DNA of 64,000 nucleotides from an uncultured Fibrobacteria bacterium (GTDB lineage Bacteria; Fibrobacterota; Fibrobacteria; UBA11236): NCBI GenBank assembly GCA_963716395.1, contig OY970309.1, positions 2,656,001 to 2,720,000 of the forward strand, read 5' to 3'. Shown piece by piece: positions 19,769 to 28,581 of this stretch (position 1 is its first letter; each line of letters starts with the position of its first letter). The notes under the pieces were generated by a model. It saw only the letters and a program-made list of their open reading frames with translations, ran no database searches and was not told where the DNA came from. The position numbers and the translations under genes were made by a program.

Positions 19769-20476
19769 TCAAAGCCGGCGCCCGTCGAAATATTGGGGAA
19801 ACCCGTCTCGCAGTGAAACCAGGGCTTCGTCGGTCACGATCAAGTGATCGAGCAGGGGAATGCCGAGAATTTTTCCGGCTTCGGCCAGCCGGCGGGTGGC
19901 CAGCAAATCGTCGATCGATGCCTCGGTGGAGCCGCTGGGATGGTTGTGCGCCACCACGATGCCCACGGCTCGATCTTCCAAGGCGCAGGCGAAGGTTTCG
20001 CGCGGATGCACCTGGCTTTGGTTGGCCAGCCCCACGGTGATTTCATGCCGCCGGATCACGCCGTGGCCCGCGTCCAGGGTAATGACGACGAAGCATTCCT
20101 GCCTCCGCCCCCGCAGGTGGGCCAGCAGGGGCAGGGCGTCATGCGGCGCACGGATGCGTAGGCGCTGGGTGCGGGTGAGAAAACGCCGCGACAATTCCAG
20201 CGCCGCCAGGATTTGGCAGGCTTTGCCGGCGCCGACGCCCCGGATGCGGCACAAATCCGTGAAAGCGGGCGCTTCGGAAAGCGTGGAGAGGCCGTCTACC
20301 ACTTCTTCGGCCAAAGCCAGCGCGTCTTTACCGCGCATGCCCCGGCCGAAGAGCACGGCCAGCAATTCGGGATTCGACAAACCGGCCGCGCCGGCGCGGA
20401 TCAACTTTTCGCGCGGCCGATCAGCGGCGGGTCGGGTGAGTAAACCTGAGGGTCGGATACCACCGATGTCGAGCAT
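19769..20476 (-). CDS. radC: RadC/JAB-domain protein
   Basis: DRPREKL, HhH GVGAGKA, VHPRE, HNHPSG, LLDH. Confidence 0.93.
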   Translation of the reverse strand: MLDIGGIRPSGLLTRPAADRPREKLIRAGAAGLSNPELLAVLFGRGMRGKDALALAEEVVDGLSTLSEAPAFTDLCRIRGVGAGKACQILAALELSRRFLTRTQRLRIRAPHDALPLLAHLRGRRQECFVVITLDAGHGVIRRHEITVGLANQSQVHPRETFACALEDRAVGIVVAHNHPSGSTEASIDDLLATRRLAEAGKILGIPLLDHLIVTDEALVSLRDGFPQYFDGRRL

Positions 20477-20660
20477 GCGGAAGAAAGTAGACCCGGCCGG
20501 CGTGAAAATCGGCGTGCGTGGTCACGCCTGCCCCCATCCGATCGTGATCACGCGCACAAACCCGTCGGGCCGATCCTTGATATCTTTGCCGGGGACGGGA
20601 TGCATCGGCGTTCCCGGATTTGTGTCCTTCTCAATCGTTTCTCAACCAGGCAGGTGACCG

Positions 20661-22817
20661 ATGGCGACCCTTAAGTTCGAACTGGAAGTGCAGGGCCAGC
20701 CGGCCGATCTCTTTACCGTGCTGGACTTCAACCTGGAGGAGGAATTGAGCCATTGTTTTCGCGCCACCGTGAATGCCACCAGCGAAAACGGCGACCTGGC
20801 CTACGACGATTTGGTGGGCAAGCCGGTCACGCTTACGGTGCAGGGCGAGGATTTTTCCGTGGAGCATTACGGCATGGTGAGCGGTTTCGTATTGCACCCC
20901 GATCACAGCCGGGAATTCGGCCGCGAGAGTTACCTCTACGTCCTCGAATTCGCCCCCCGCTTCAAACTGTTGGAATTCGCCGGGCAAAACCGCATTTTCC
21001 AGAAGCAGAAGGTCGAAGACATCGTGCAGGCCGTGCTTAAGGATCACGGTTTGCAGGGCGACGATTTTCGCTTCGACCTGCGCCAGCCCACGCGCGAACG
21101 CGAGTATACGGTGCAATACAACGAAACCGATCTGAATTTCGTATCGCGGCTTTTGGAATGCGAAGGCATCTACTATTTCTTCGACCACGAGAACAAAAAA
21201 GACACGGTGGTATTCGCCGACCATACCGACGCCGTGCGCCCCATTCCGCATACGCCCACCTTGGGGTACGAACCCGAAGTCGGCCTCAACCATCTGGCCA
21301 AGGACCATATCACCAGCATGCGCCGCGAACAGCAACTGGTGACCCAAAACGCGCGGGTGAAGGATTACAACGACCGCACGCCGGGCACTTCGATTATGGG
21401 GGTGTCGCAAGGCGCGCAAGGCCGCGGCGAACGCTACGACTTCGCCCCGGGCGTTCCCGACGCCGGCGCCGCCCATCGTTGGGCCGGCGTCGCCGCCGAC
21501 ACCTACCAGGCGCTCAAAATCACGCTCAAAGGCCACGGCGTGGCGCGGGCGTTACGGCCGGGTTACCGCTTTGAACTGGAAGACGGCGAGCATACCTCCT
21601 TTGCGGGCAAATACACGGTGGTACAGGTGACGCATCACGGCGATCAAAGCGAGGGCTTTCAGCGCGATCAGAGCCGGCTCAACTACTTGTGCGAATTCAT
21701 CTGCATTCCGGCGGCCACGGTCTTCCGGCCTTTGCGCGTGACCCACGCTCCCAAAATTTCCGGCATTCTCCTGGCCCGGGTCGACGGGCAAGACGGCGAT
21801 TACGCGTCGCTCGACGAAGAAGGGCGCTACCATGCCAAGCTGCCTTTCGATCTCACCGATGCCACCAACGGGCAGGCCACTTTGCCCATTCGCCTCAGCC
21901 AGCCCTATGCCGGGCCGGGCTACGGCACGCATTTTCCTCTGCATAACGGCAACGATTTGGTGCTGGCTTTTCTCAACGGCGACGCCGACCGGCCCATCGC
22001 CTTGGGCGCCATTCCCAATCCCTCCAACGCGTCGCCCGTCACCAGCCGCAACAAATCCGAAAGCGTGATTAAAACCGCTGCGGGCCACGAATTGCGCTTC
22101 GACGATCTCAAGGATAAAACCGCGGTGGATCTCACCACCGCGGGCAAACACGTTTTGTCATTCAAGGATGACAAGGATCATCAGGAGATCCGGGTCACTA
22201 CCACGGGCAAGCATGAGATGGTGTTCGACGACAAAAACAAAAACGTCCGCATCCTCACCGCCGATGGCGGCCACCAGGTGCTGCTCGACAACGACAAGCA
22301 GGCGCTGACGCTGCAAACCAAATACGGCCACCTGATCACGCTCGACGACGAGAAAAAAGCCCTGTCGATCCAAACCCATGAAGGGCACATCTTCAAGATC
22401 AGCGACGACGACAAGATGATTTCCCTGCAAGACAAAGACGGCAAGCACGTGCTGCAATTCGATCTCGGCGGCAGCAAGGTGTCGCTGACCACCGAAGGCG
22501 ATTTGTCCTTGACGGCCAAGGGCTCGCTTAACATCGAGGCCAAGGAGATCACCCTGGAAGCCAAACAGGGCGCGTTCAGCGCCAAAGCCATGAAAGATTT
22601 GACCTTGCAGGGCATGAACGTCAGCGCCAAGGCGCAGCAAAACCTCACGCTCGAAGGTACGGTGGCCGCGAACCTGAAGGGGCTCAACACCAAGGTTGAG
22701 GCCCAGGTCAATCTCGACCTCAAGGGCGGCGTGCAGACCAAGGTCAGCGGCACCATGGCCAATCTCGAAGGCAGCGCCATGGCCCAGGTCAAGGGCGCCG
22801 TGGTCATGATCAACTGA
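20661..22817 (+). CDS. vgrG: Type VI secretion tip protein VgrG
   Basis: REYTVQYNETDLNFVSRLLECEGIYYFF, GTHFPL..G..LVLAFLNGDADRP; beta-helix C-terminus ending KGAVVMIN. Confidence 0.95.
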   Translation: MATLKFELEVQGQPADLFTVLDFNLEEELSHCFRATVNATSENGDLAYDDLVGKPVTLTVQGEDFSVEHYGMVSGFVLHPDHSREFGRESYLYVLEFAPRFKLLEFAGQNRIFQKQKVEDIVQAVLKDHGLQGDDFRFDLRQPTREREYTVQYNETDLNFVSRLLECEGIYYFFDHENKKDTVVFADHTDAVRPIPHTPTLGYEPEVGLNHLAKDHITSMRREQQLVTQNARVKDYNDRTPGTSIMGVSQGAQGRGERYDFAPGVPDAGAAHRWAGVAADTYQALKITLKGHGVARALRPGYRFELEDGEHTSFAGKYTVVQVTHHGDQSEGFQRDQSRLNYLCEFICIPAATVFRPLRVTHAPKISGILLARVDGQDGDYASLDEEGRYHAKLPFDLTDATNGQATLPIRLSQPYAGPGYGTHFPLHNGNDLVLAFLNGDADRPIALGAIPNPSNASPVTSRNKSESVIKTAAGHELRFDDLKDKTAVDLTTAGKHVLSFKDDKDHQEIRVTTTGKHEMVFDDKNKNVRILTADGGHQVLLDNDKQALTLQTKYGHLITLDDEKKALSIQTHEGHIFKISDDDKMISLQDKDGKHVLQFDLGGSKVSLTTEGDLSLTAKGSLNIEAKEITLEAKQGAFSAKAMKDLTLQGMNVSAKAQQNLTLEGTVAANLKGLNTKVEAQVNLDLKGGVQTKVSGTMANLEGSAMAQVKGAVVMIN

Positions 22818-22833
22818 GAACCGGAAGCGCGCG

Positions 22834-23931
22834 ATGGAATGGTTGAGCCGCGTGGTTCCCGGTTATGGTCCGGACGGCAGCCCGATTTTGTCGGTGCTGG
22901 CCAAACGCACCTATCGCTTTGCCAACGGCAAGCCCGCGGCCATCGACGCCGAGGAGCAGATCCCCTTTCTCGAAGCCGACGAATACTGGGGCCAGGGCCA
23001 GCCCGAACACGATCCCGTACGGCTGGAATCGGATGTGGTGGCCTACAAACCCATGACCGACGTGATTTTCATCGGCAAGGCGCATGCACCCAAGGGCAAG
23101 CAGGCCTATTACCTCGACGTCGGCATCCAGGTCGGAACGGCGCGCCAACTGGTGCGCGTAATTGGCGACCGCAAAGCCTACGTGACGGGTTCGGGGCTGG
23201 CCTTCACCGAACCCGAACCCTTTGCCGAAATGCCGCTGGATGCCGGGCGCGCCTATGGCGGCAAAGACGAAAAATCCGACGAGGGCATCGTGTACGTTTA
23301 CCCCAAAAATCCGGTGGGCAAAGGGTTCACGGTCAAGAACCACCCCAAAGCCGTGCAGGATTTGGCGCTGCCCAATCTCGAAGATCCGCGCAAGTTGCTG
23401 ACGCCGCAGAACCTGGCCCTGGGCCGTTTCGACCGCTGGAAGGAATGGCCCGATCCCGTGGGGCTCGGCTGCCGCGGCAAACAAAGCTATCCGCGCTATA
23501 CTTTGTCGGGACTGCCGCCGGAGCAATGGCCCGAAGCCGATACTGCCGCGCGCCGCGCCGTGAAACAAGCTCCCGAAATGGGAACCAGGCCGTCGGCGCA
23601 AAGCGCCGGGCCGCCGCGGCTCAATCCCGCGTTTTACAACGCCGCCGTTCCGGGCTTGTGTTTTCCACCGCTGCGCGGCGACGAAGCGGTGAAACTGGCC
23701 TACCTCGATCCCGAGGCTCCGCAATTTTCTTTCGCGCTTCCCGGCGAGCGGCCGCGCGCCTGGCTCGACGTGGGCGAAGGCCCCGAAGATATGCACATGG
23801 CCTTGCACACCGCCGTGATTTACAAAGAGACCAACCAGCTCACGATGGTGTGGCGCGGGTTCACGCGGTATCAGGGTCTCGAAGCCATGAAGGATTTCAC
23901 CCTGTTCGAGTTCGGGATCCACGAGGCTTGA
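22834..23931 (+). CDS. DUF2169-family T6SS adaptor
   Basis: ESD...YKP.TDV...G.AHAP, RAYGG, YP.NPVGKG, LPNLED, FYNAA, MVWRG; directly after vgrG. Confidence 0.9.
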   Translation: MEWLSRVVPGYGPDGSPILSVLAKRTYRFANGKPAAIDAEEQIPFLEADEYWGQGQPEHDPVRLESDVVAYKPMTDVIFIGKAHAPKGKQAYYLDVGIQVGTARQLVRVIGDRKAYVTGSGLAFTEPEPFAEMPLDAGRAYGGKDEKSDEGIVYVYPKNPVGKGFTVKNHPKAVQDLALPNLEDPRKLLTPQNLALGRFDRWKEWPDPVGLGCRGKQSYPRYTLSGLPPEQWPEADTAARRAVKQAPEMGTRPSAQSAGPPRLNPAFYNAAVPGLCFPPLRGDEAVKLAYLDPEAPQFSFALPGERPRAWLDVGEGPEDMHMALHTAVIYKETNQLTMVWRGFTRYQGLEAMKDFTLFEFGIHEA

Positions 23932-25645
23932 ATGGCGGGCGGCGGTGCGCGAACCGGCAATAAGGCCCGCTATAGTCAGGCGGCGGTGCACGTGGTGTTT
24001 CAGACGCGGCCGGGTCCGGGCGACGATAAAATCATCCAAGGCGGGAATGCCACGCTGACCTTGAAATCCGGTCCGGTGTCGAACGTTGCGCCGCAAGATG
24101 GGGTTTACCACTTCGACATACCGTCCGGCGACGAGGGCTATTTGACAGATATTCGGAATCGATTACTTCGTGCAAATGTTGGGGTCCGGAGGCGTGGACG
24201 CGAACGCCGGCGCCATCACCCATTGGAAAGAGCCCTGGCTGCAGATTTCATCCTTGAAGGGCGTGCAACAGCGGCTGCAAATCCTGGGCTATTACACCGG
24301 AAAAGTCGACGGTTTGATGGGGGAGAAATCCGAGCGTGCTATCCTGGAATTCCAGGCCGATGAAGGCACTTTGCTCATCGACGGCGTGGCGGGACCCAAG
24401 ACCCAGAAAGCCCTGGACGCATTTTTCCAAAAGCATGGGAAGGATGCTTCGGGTAAGAACTGTTTGATCCGCCGCTATCTCTTGCGGTTCGAACGGGCGC
24501 GCACCGGAGACACTTCGGCCGATTGTCCCCATCCCGATTACCGGGCCGGCGATCTCACCGTGGTTCCCTACGGCTTCAAAAAAAGTTCGCCCGCCGATCG
24601 CGATCGCAATGTGGGCGACGCCTTCAACCTGGGTCTCGACGCCGACGCGTTCATGCCCGGCACCGATTTGATCTTGGTTCCCAAGTTCAAAAACAAATCC
24701 GACTTCGCTTTCGTGAGTTTACAAACTCCCGATGCTTCGTATCAGGCCGCCAATCGCTACGACAAGCCTTATTTGCGCATGATCCCGCGCGTTCAGGACG
24801 GCGAAGATGTTTTGAACCTGCACCTCGACCGCGAGAACGGGCCGGTGGTGGGTGCGGTACGCGTGAAGATCGGCGGCATGAAACAGGTCAAGACCACGGT
24901 GCATTTGGTCACCATTGCCGACGCCAAGGGCAAAACCGTTCCGCCTTGGACTCAGAAAGAGGCTTTGGATCTGTTGGGGATGATCAACGCGGTGTGGATG
25001 CCGATGGGGGTGGAATTTCAAGTTGCCCGAGTGCAATCGAACAACTTCACCGGGCTTACGGCCGGAACGGTTACGCAAGATTATAGTGGGAAAAAAGGGG
25101 GGCGGATCGAATATTTGGATCTCTGGTCCAAGTTTAATGTCGCCAACTCCATCAACATTTATTTTTGCGAACGGCTGATCGATTTGAATCTCGAAAATGG
25201 AAAGGTCGGGGAGGATTCGAATACTCTTGGGTTTGCGCTCCCAAGGAAGGCGTGGAAGAGTACAGTGAATCCAAATGGTCCCATCGGTTGTTGTGTCAGA
25301 AGGGATGCGGATTTTTTTAACCTCGCCTTGACTGTCGCCCATGAGCTGGGGCATGTGCTGAACCTTACTTGCCATAAGGACGCGCATTCAGATGACGACG
25401 GAACTCCTACTCCTTTTCGCCACGACATTTGGTCGCGTACCAGATTGATGTCGAAATATTCAGGATATTTTTTGGATGACCCGCCACGAGGATGGCAGAA
25501 GTCTACTTATGGAACGACTTCTGATAATGCTTTGCAACATGGCGCTTGGCTCACCGTGAAGCGACTTAAAAACGACGGCACCGACGATGAAATGGAGATT
25601 TCAAGAAAGGTGGCGAGTAACACGCGTGCAAATCCGCTTTACTGA
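23932..25645 (+). CDS. Putative T6SS effector: novel N-domain + peptidoglycan-binding domain + HExxH metzincin-like peptidase; apparent +1 frameshift at ~24145
   Basis: ORFs 23932-24363 and 24170-25645 join if one base near A24145 is removed (DEGYL|QIFGIDYFVQMLG); PG_binding_1 VQQRLQILGY..GKVDG..G...FQ...DGVAGPKT; AHELGHVLNLTCH plus RLM Met-turn. Confidence 0.75.
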
Positions 25646-26552
25646 ATGCTGGGCCTGCGGCCTCTTGCTTTTTATCGGAGTGGGTTTAAGTGAAACCACG
25701 CCTCCGTCACACCACCAAATTCCTTCTTTAGGAACCGAGGAGAAACGTATGACACCGGAAGAAGTCGAAAGCCTGATTCGGGTCGATTCGGATAATGTTT
25801 CAAATGAAACATACGGTTCCATCGAAAAAAAAGATTACCCGTTTTTGAAAAAATATTTGCATGACCCTTCGGAAGGTGTACGTGAAAGGCTAACCTTGCT
25901 GCTTCAAGATTTCAGCCAACCTTTTTGTTTCAATTATTATCTGGAACTTCTTAAAGATACCAGCGCTTCGATTCGCAATCTGGCTTGCGAGGGTATCGGT
26001 ATGATGGGAAGCGCCGTGGATGGAAAGGCGCTTTTAGCTGAGATCAAAAGGCTGAATTCTATACATTCAGATGGCCGGGAATATGGCGTCATTGATCTGA
26101 TTCTTGCGATCGGCAACACGCGGAATCCGAAAATGTTGGAACCTCTTTTATTTTTGTACCAACACGAAAAAGATCCCGACATCCGCCCCGCCTATCAAAA
26201 AGCCACCGCGAAGCTTGGTTACAAGAAAACCATGCACGAAATAGAATTGGAGTTGATTGGATCTGATGAGTTCGGGAAAAGCAGTGCTCTTGCCAAAGTG
26301 AATTATATCGATTCTCCAGAGTGGGTGGAAAAGGTGAAGCCTCTTCTTCTCGACGAACGAGTCGGCTGGTCGGCACCCATGGGGCCAAAAAGAATCACCC
26401 TCCGGGTTTGCGATCTGGCCGTCAATACCATGCGCAAAATCGACCCGGAAAAACGAATTGCCTTCCCTGAAAAACCTCTCGGCATGCATTATTCCGAGGA
26501 GGAGATGACAGCGATACGTAAAGCTTACGGAGTGGACGGAAAAAACAAATAA
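25587..26552 (+). CDS. HEAT-repeat protein, putative cognate immunity 1 (start uncertain: 25587, 25626 or 25749)
   Basis: HEAT-like LELLKD.S..IR..A..G; hydrophobic N-terminal segment; overlaps effector end; paralogous to the next two genes. Confidence 0.75.
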   Translation: MKWRFQERWRVTRVQIRFTECWACGLLLFIGVGLSETTPPSHHQIPSLGTEEKRMTPEEVESLIRVDSDNVSNETYGSIEKKDYPFLKKYLHDPSEGVRERLTLLLQDFSQPFCFNYYLELLKDTSASIRNLACEGIGMMGSAVDGKALLAEIKRLNSIHSDGREYGVIDLILAIGNTRNPKMLEPLLFLYQHEKDPDIRPAYQKATAKLGYKKTMHEIELELIGSDEFGKSSALAKVNYIDSPEWVEKVKPLLLDERVGWSAPMGPKRITLRVCDLAVNTMRKIDPEKRIAFPEKPLGMHYSEEEMTAIRKAYGVDGKNK

Positions 26553-26560
26553 AGAGGCCT

Positions 26561-26686
26561 CCTTTTCGAAGCGATATTCGGTCGCGCAGCCGTCTGACGG
26601 CGAAACGACTCAAAAACGATGGCACCGACGATGAAATGGATATTTCCAGAGATGCAGTAGATGGCAAACCGAACCCTCTTTATTAA
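26561..26686 (+). pseudogene. Orphan remnant of effector C-terminus
   Basis: Translates PFRSDIRSRSRL-TAKRLKNDGTDDEMDISRDAVDGKPNPLY*, versus effector PFRHDIWSRTRL...TVKRLKNDGTDDEMEISRKVASNTRANPLY*. Confidence 0.85.
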
Positions 26687-26724
26687 ATGGAGCTTCGGGG
26701 CGACGGCCGGGAACCCGTACTAAT

Positions 26725-27630
26725 ATGGGCAGAAGGGCTGCGGGAGTTTTTTGCTGTGCTGTCCTCTATGTGTTCCAAATCCACGCAGCGGCCCTTAAGG
26801 CTGCGGATTCAAAGGAAAAGTTTATGACCGAAGAAGAGCTTAAGAAGGCCATTGAGGATCCGCGGAATCCCATCTATACCCAAGCGGGACTGGCGACTAT
26901 CGAGAAAAAGGAATATCCTTTTTTCAAAAACTATGTCAATCCGGCCACGACCTCTGAAGAGGTGCGTGAAGATTTGCTGGTGATTTTAAATACAATTAAT
27001 CAGTCTTGGTGCTATAAATACTATTTGCAATTTTTAAAAGATCCCAGTTCTTCCGTTCGCATATCGGCCGCGAGCGGAATGGCCAGATTGGATTCCGGGG
27101 TTCATGCCGACGAATTAATGGCGGAAATATCCCGACAAAATTCGTTGCATCAGGAAGATCGCACGAGTGTGGTGGGAAATTTGATTTTGGCGGTAGGAAA
27201 TAGTCGGGATCCGAAATATCTGGAGCCGGTTCTTGCCCTGCGGGAAAATGAGTCGGATCCGGATATTCGTTACGCTTATTACAAAGCCGCGGCGAAGCTG
27301 GGGTATCAAAAATTTTTGCGCGAAATTGAACGAAATCTGAAATTCGACGATGGGCAAGGGAAGGACTCTGCCTTGGGCATCGTTTTTTACCTGAAGGATC
27401 CCGTCTGGATCGATAAGATAAAACCGTTGCTGTTGGACGAAGACTCTTCTCTGAGTTATCCCCTAGGGCGAAAAACAATTCTATTCAGAGTATGCGATGC
27501 GACGGTAAACGTATTGCATGAAATCGATCCCGAAAAGAAAATCCCGTTCGAGCCAAGATCCCGACATTACTTGCCGGATGAATTAAAAGAGATCAGGAAA
27601 ATTTACGGAGTGCTGGAGAATCCGAAATAG
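26725..27630 (+). CDS. HEAT-repeat protein, putative immunity paralogue 2
   Basis: Signal-peptide-like N-terminus; shared IEKKEYPF, AKLGY, KPLLLD, RVCD, IDPEK motifs. Confidence 0.78.
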   Translation: MGRRAAGVFCCAVLYVFQIHAAALKAADSKEKFMTEEELKKAIEDPRNPIYTQAGLATIEKKEYPFFKNYVNPATTSEEVREDLLVILNTINQSWCYKYYLQFLKDPSSSVRISAASGMARLDSGVHADELMAEISRQNSLHQEDRTSVVGNLILAVGNSRDPKYLEPVLALRENESDPDIRYAYYKAAAKLGYQKFLREIERNLKFDDGQGKDSALGIVFYLKDPVWIDKIKPLLLDEDSSLSYPLGRKTILFRVCDATVNVLHEIDPEKKIPFEPRSRHYLPDELKEIRKIYGVLENPK

Positions 27631-27639
27631 CGGAACCGG

Positions 27640-28566
27640 ATGCGGCACGTTATTACCGATACGGCTTCGCGGGCCGTTTTATTCATGGTTATGGCGATAA
27701 TGGTTGTGGTTGATCCGGTGCGCTCCGAAGCAGCTTTGGCGGTCCCAAAGGGAAAATTTATGACATCGGAAGAACTGAAGCAGGCTATCGAAGATCCCCA
27801 CAGCCCGGTTTTCAGCAATGAGGGTATGGCCGTCATCGAGAAAAAGGAATACCCGTTTCTCAAAGACTATGTGAATCCGAAAACCACGACGGAGGATGTG
27901 CGCGAGAATTTGCTTACGGTTTTGCAGTACATCAACCAACCCTGGTGCTACCAATATTATTTGGAACTGCTGAAAGATCCGCTGTATCAAATCCGTATTC
28001 CGGCGTCGGAAGGCATGGCGGATTTGAAATTCGGAGTCAATGCTGCGGAGTTGACGGCGGAAATTTCCCGCCAGAACTCAGTAGGCCAAGAAGATCGCAA
28101 AGAGGTGGTTTCGAACCTGGTGCTGGCCGTCGGAAATACACGCGATCCCAAAGCCTTGGAACCGCTGCTCGTGCTATACAAATCCGAGAAGGATTCCGAG
28201 GTCCGCGCCGCCTACCAGGAGGCCAGCGCGAAGCTTGGTTATAAGAAAACCATTCGGGAAATAGAATTGGAATTAATCGGATCTGACGGGTTCGGGAAAG
28301 TCCGTGCCCTGGTAAAGGTGAATTATATCGACACACAGGATTGGATCGAGAAGGTGAAGCCTTTGCTTCTCGATGCCCAAACAGGTTGGACCGCTCCCAT
28401 GGGTCCGGCTACGCTCACTCTACGCGTCTGTGACCTCGCGGTAAATACACTACGCAAAATCGATCCGGAGAAGAAAATCACCTTTCCCGAAAAGTCACGC
28501 GGCGTGCATTACTCCGAAGCGGAAATGCAGGAAGCGCGTAAGGCCTACGCGGTCGCTAACAAATAA
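27640..28566 (+). CDS. HEAT-repeat protein, putative immunity paralogue 3 (chimeric)
   Basis: Same family motifs; N-half resembles paralogue 2, C-half resembles paralogue 1. Confidence 0.78.
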   Translation: MRHVITDTASRAVLFMVMAIMVVVDPVRSEAALAVPKGKFMTSEELKQAIEDPHSPVFSNEGMAVIEKKEYPFLKDYVNPKTTTEDVRENLLTVLQYINQPWCYQYYLELLKDPLYQIRIPASEGMADLKFGVNAAELTAEISRQNSVGQEDRKEVVSNLVLAVGNTRDPKALEPLLVLYKSEKDSEVRAAYQEASAKLGYKKTIREIELELIGSDGFGKVRALVKVNYIDTQDWIEKVKPLLLDAQTGWTAPMGPATLTLRVCDLAVNTLRKIDPEKKITFPEKSRGVHYSEAEMQEARKAYAVANK

Positions 28567-28581
28567 CAATAATTATAAATA

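Larger units (their letters stand above)
20661..28566 (+). other. Orphan type VI-type effector/immunity locus (vgrG-DUF2169-effector-3x immunity)
   Basis: Co-oriented, tightly packed genes; no core T6SS genes in the window; distal half visibly AT-richer than flanks. Confidence 0.8.

Noticed and set aside
19769-20476. radC as marker of a mobile element, or as the JAB partner of MoeB
   Set aside because: Full-length chromosomal-type RadC (HhH plus JAB) with no integrase or transposase nearby. It is 20 kb from moeB and belongs to a different JAB subfamily from Mec.
24133-24148. GAGGGCTATTTGAC resembles the prfB programmed +1 frameshift site (AGGGGGTATCTTTGAC)
   Set aside because: The TGA lies in the +1 frame, not the zero frame being translated, so the RF2-type pause mechanism does not apply. 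A simple indel is more parsimonious.
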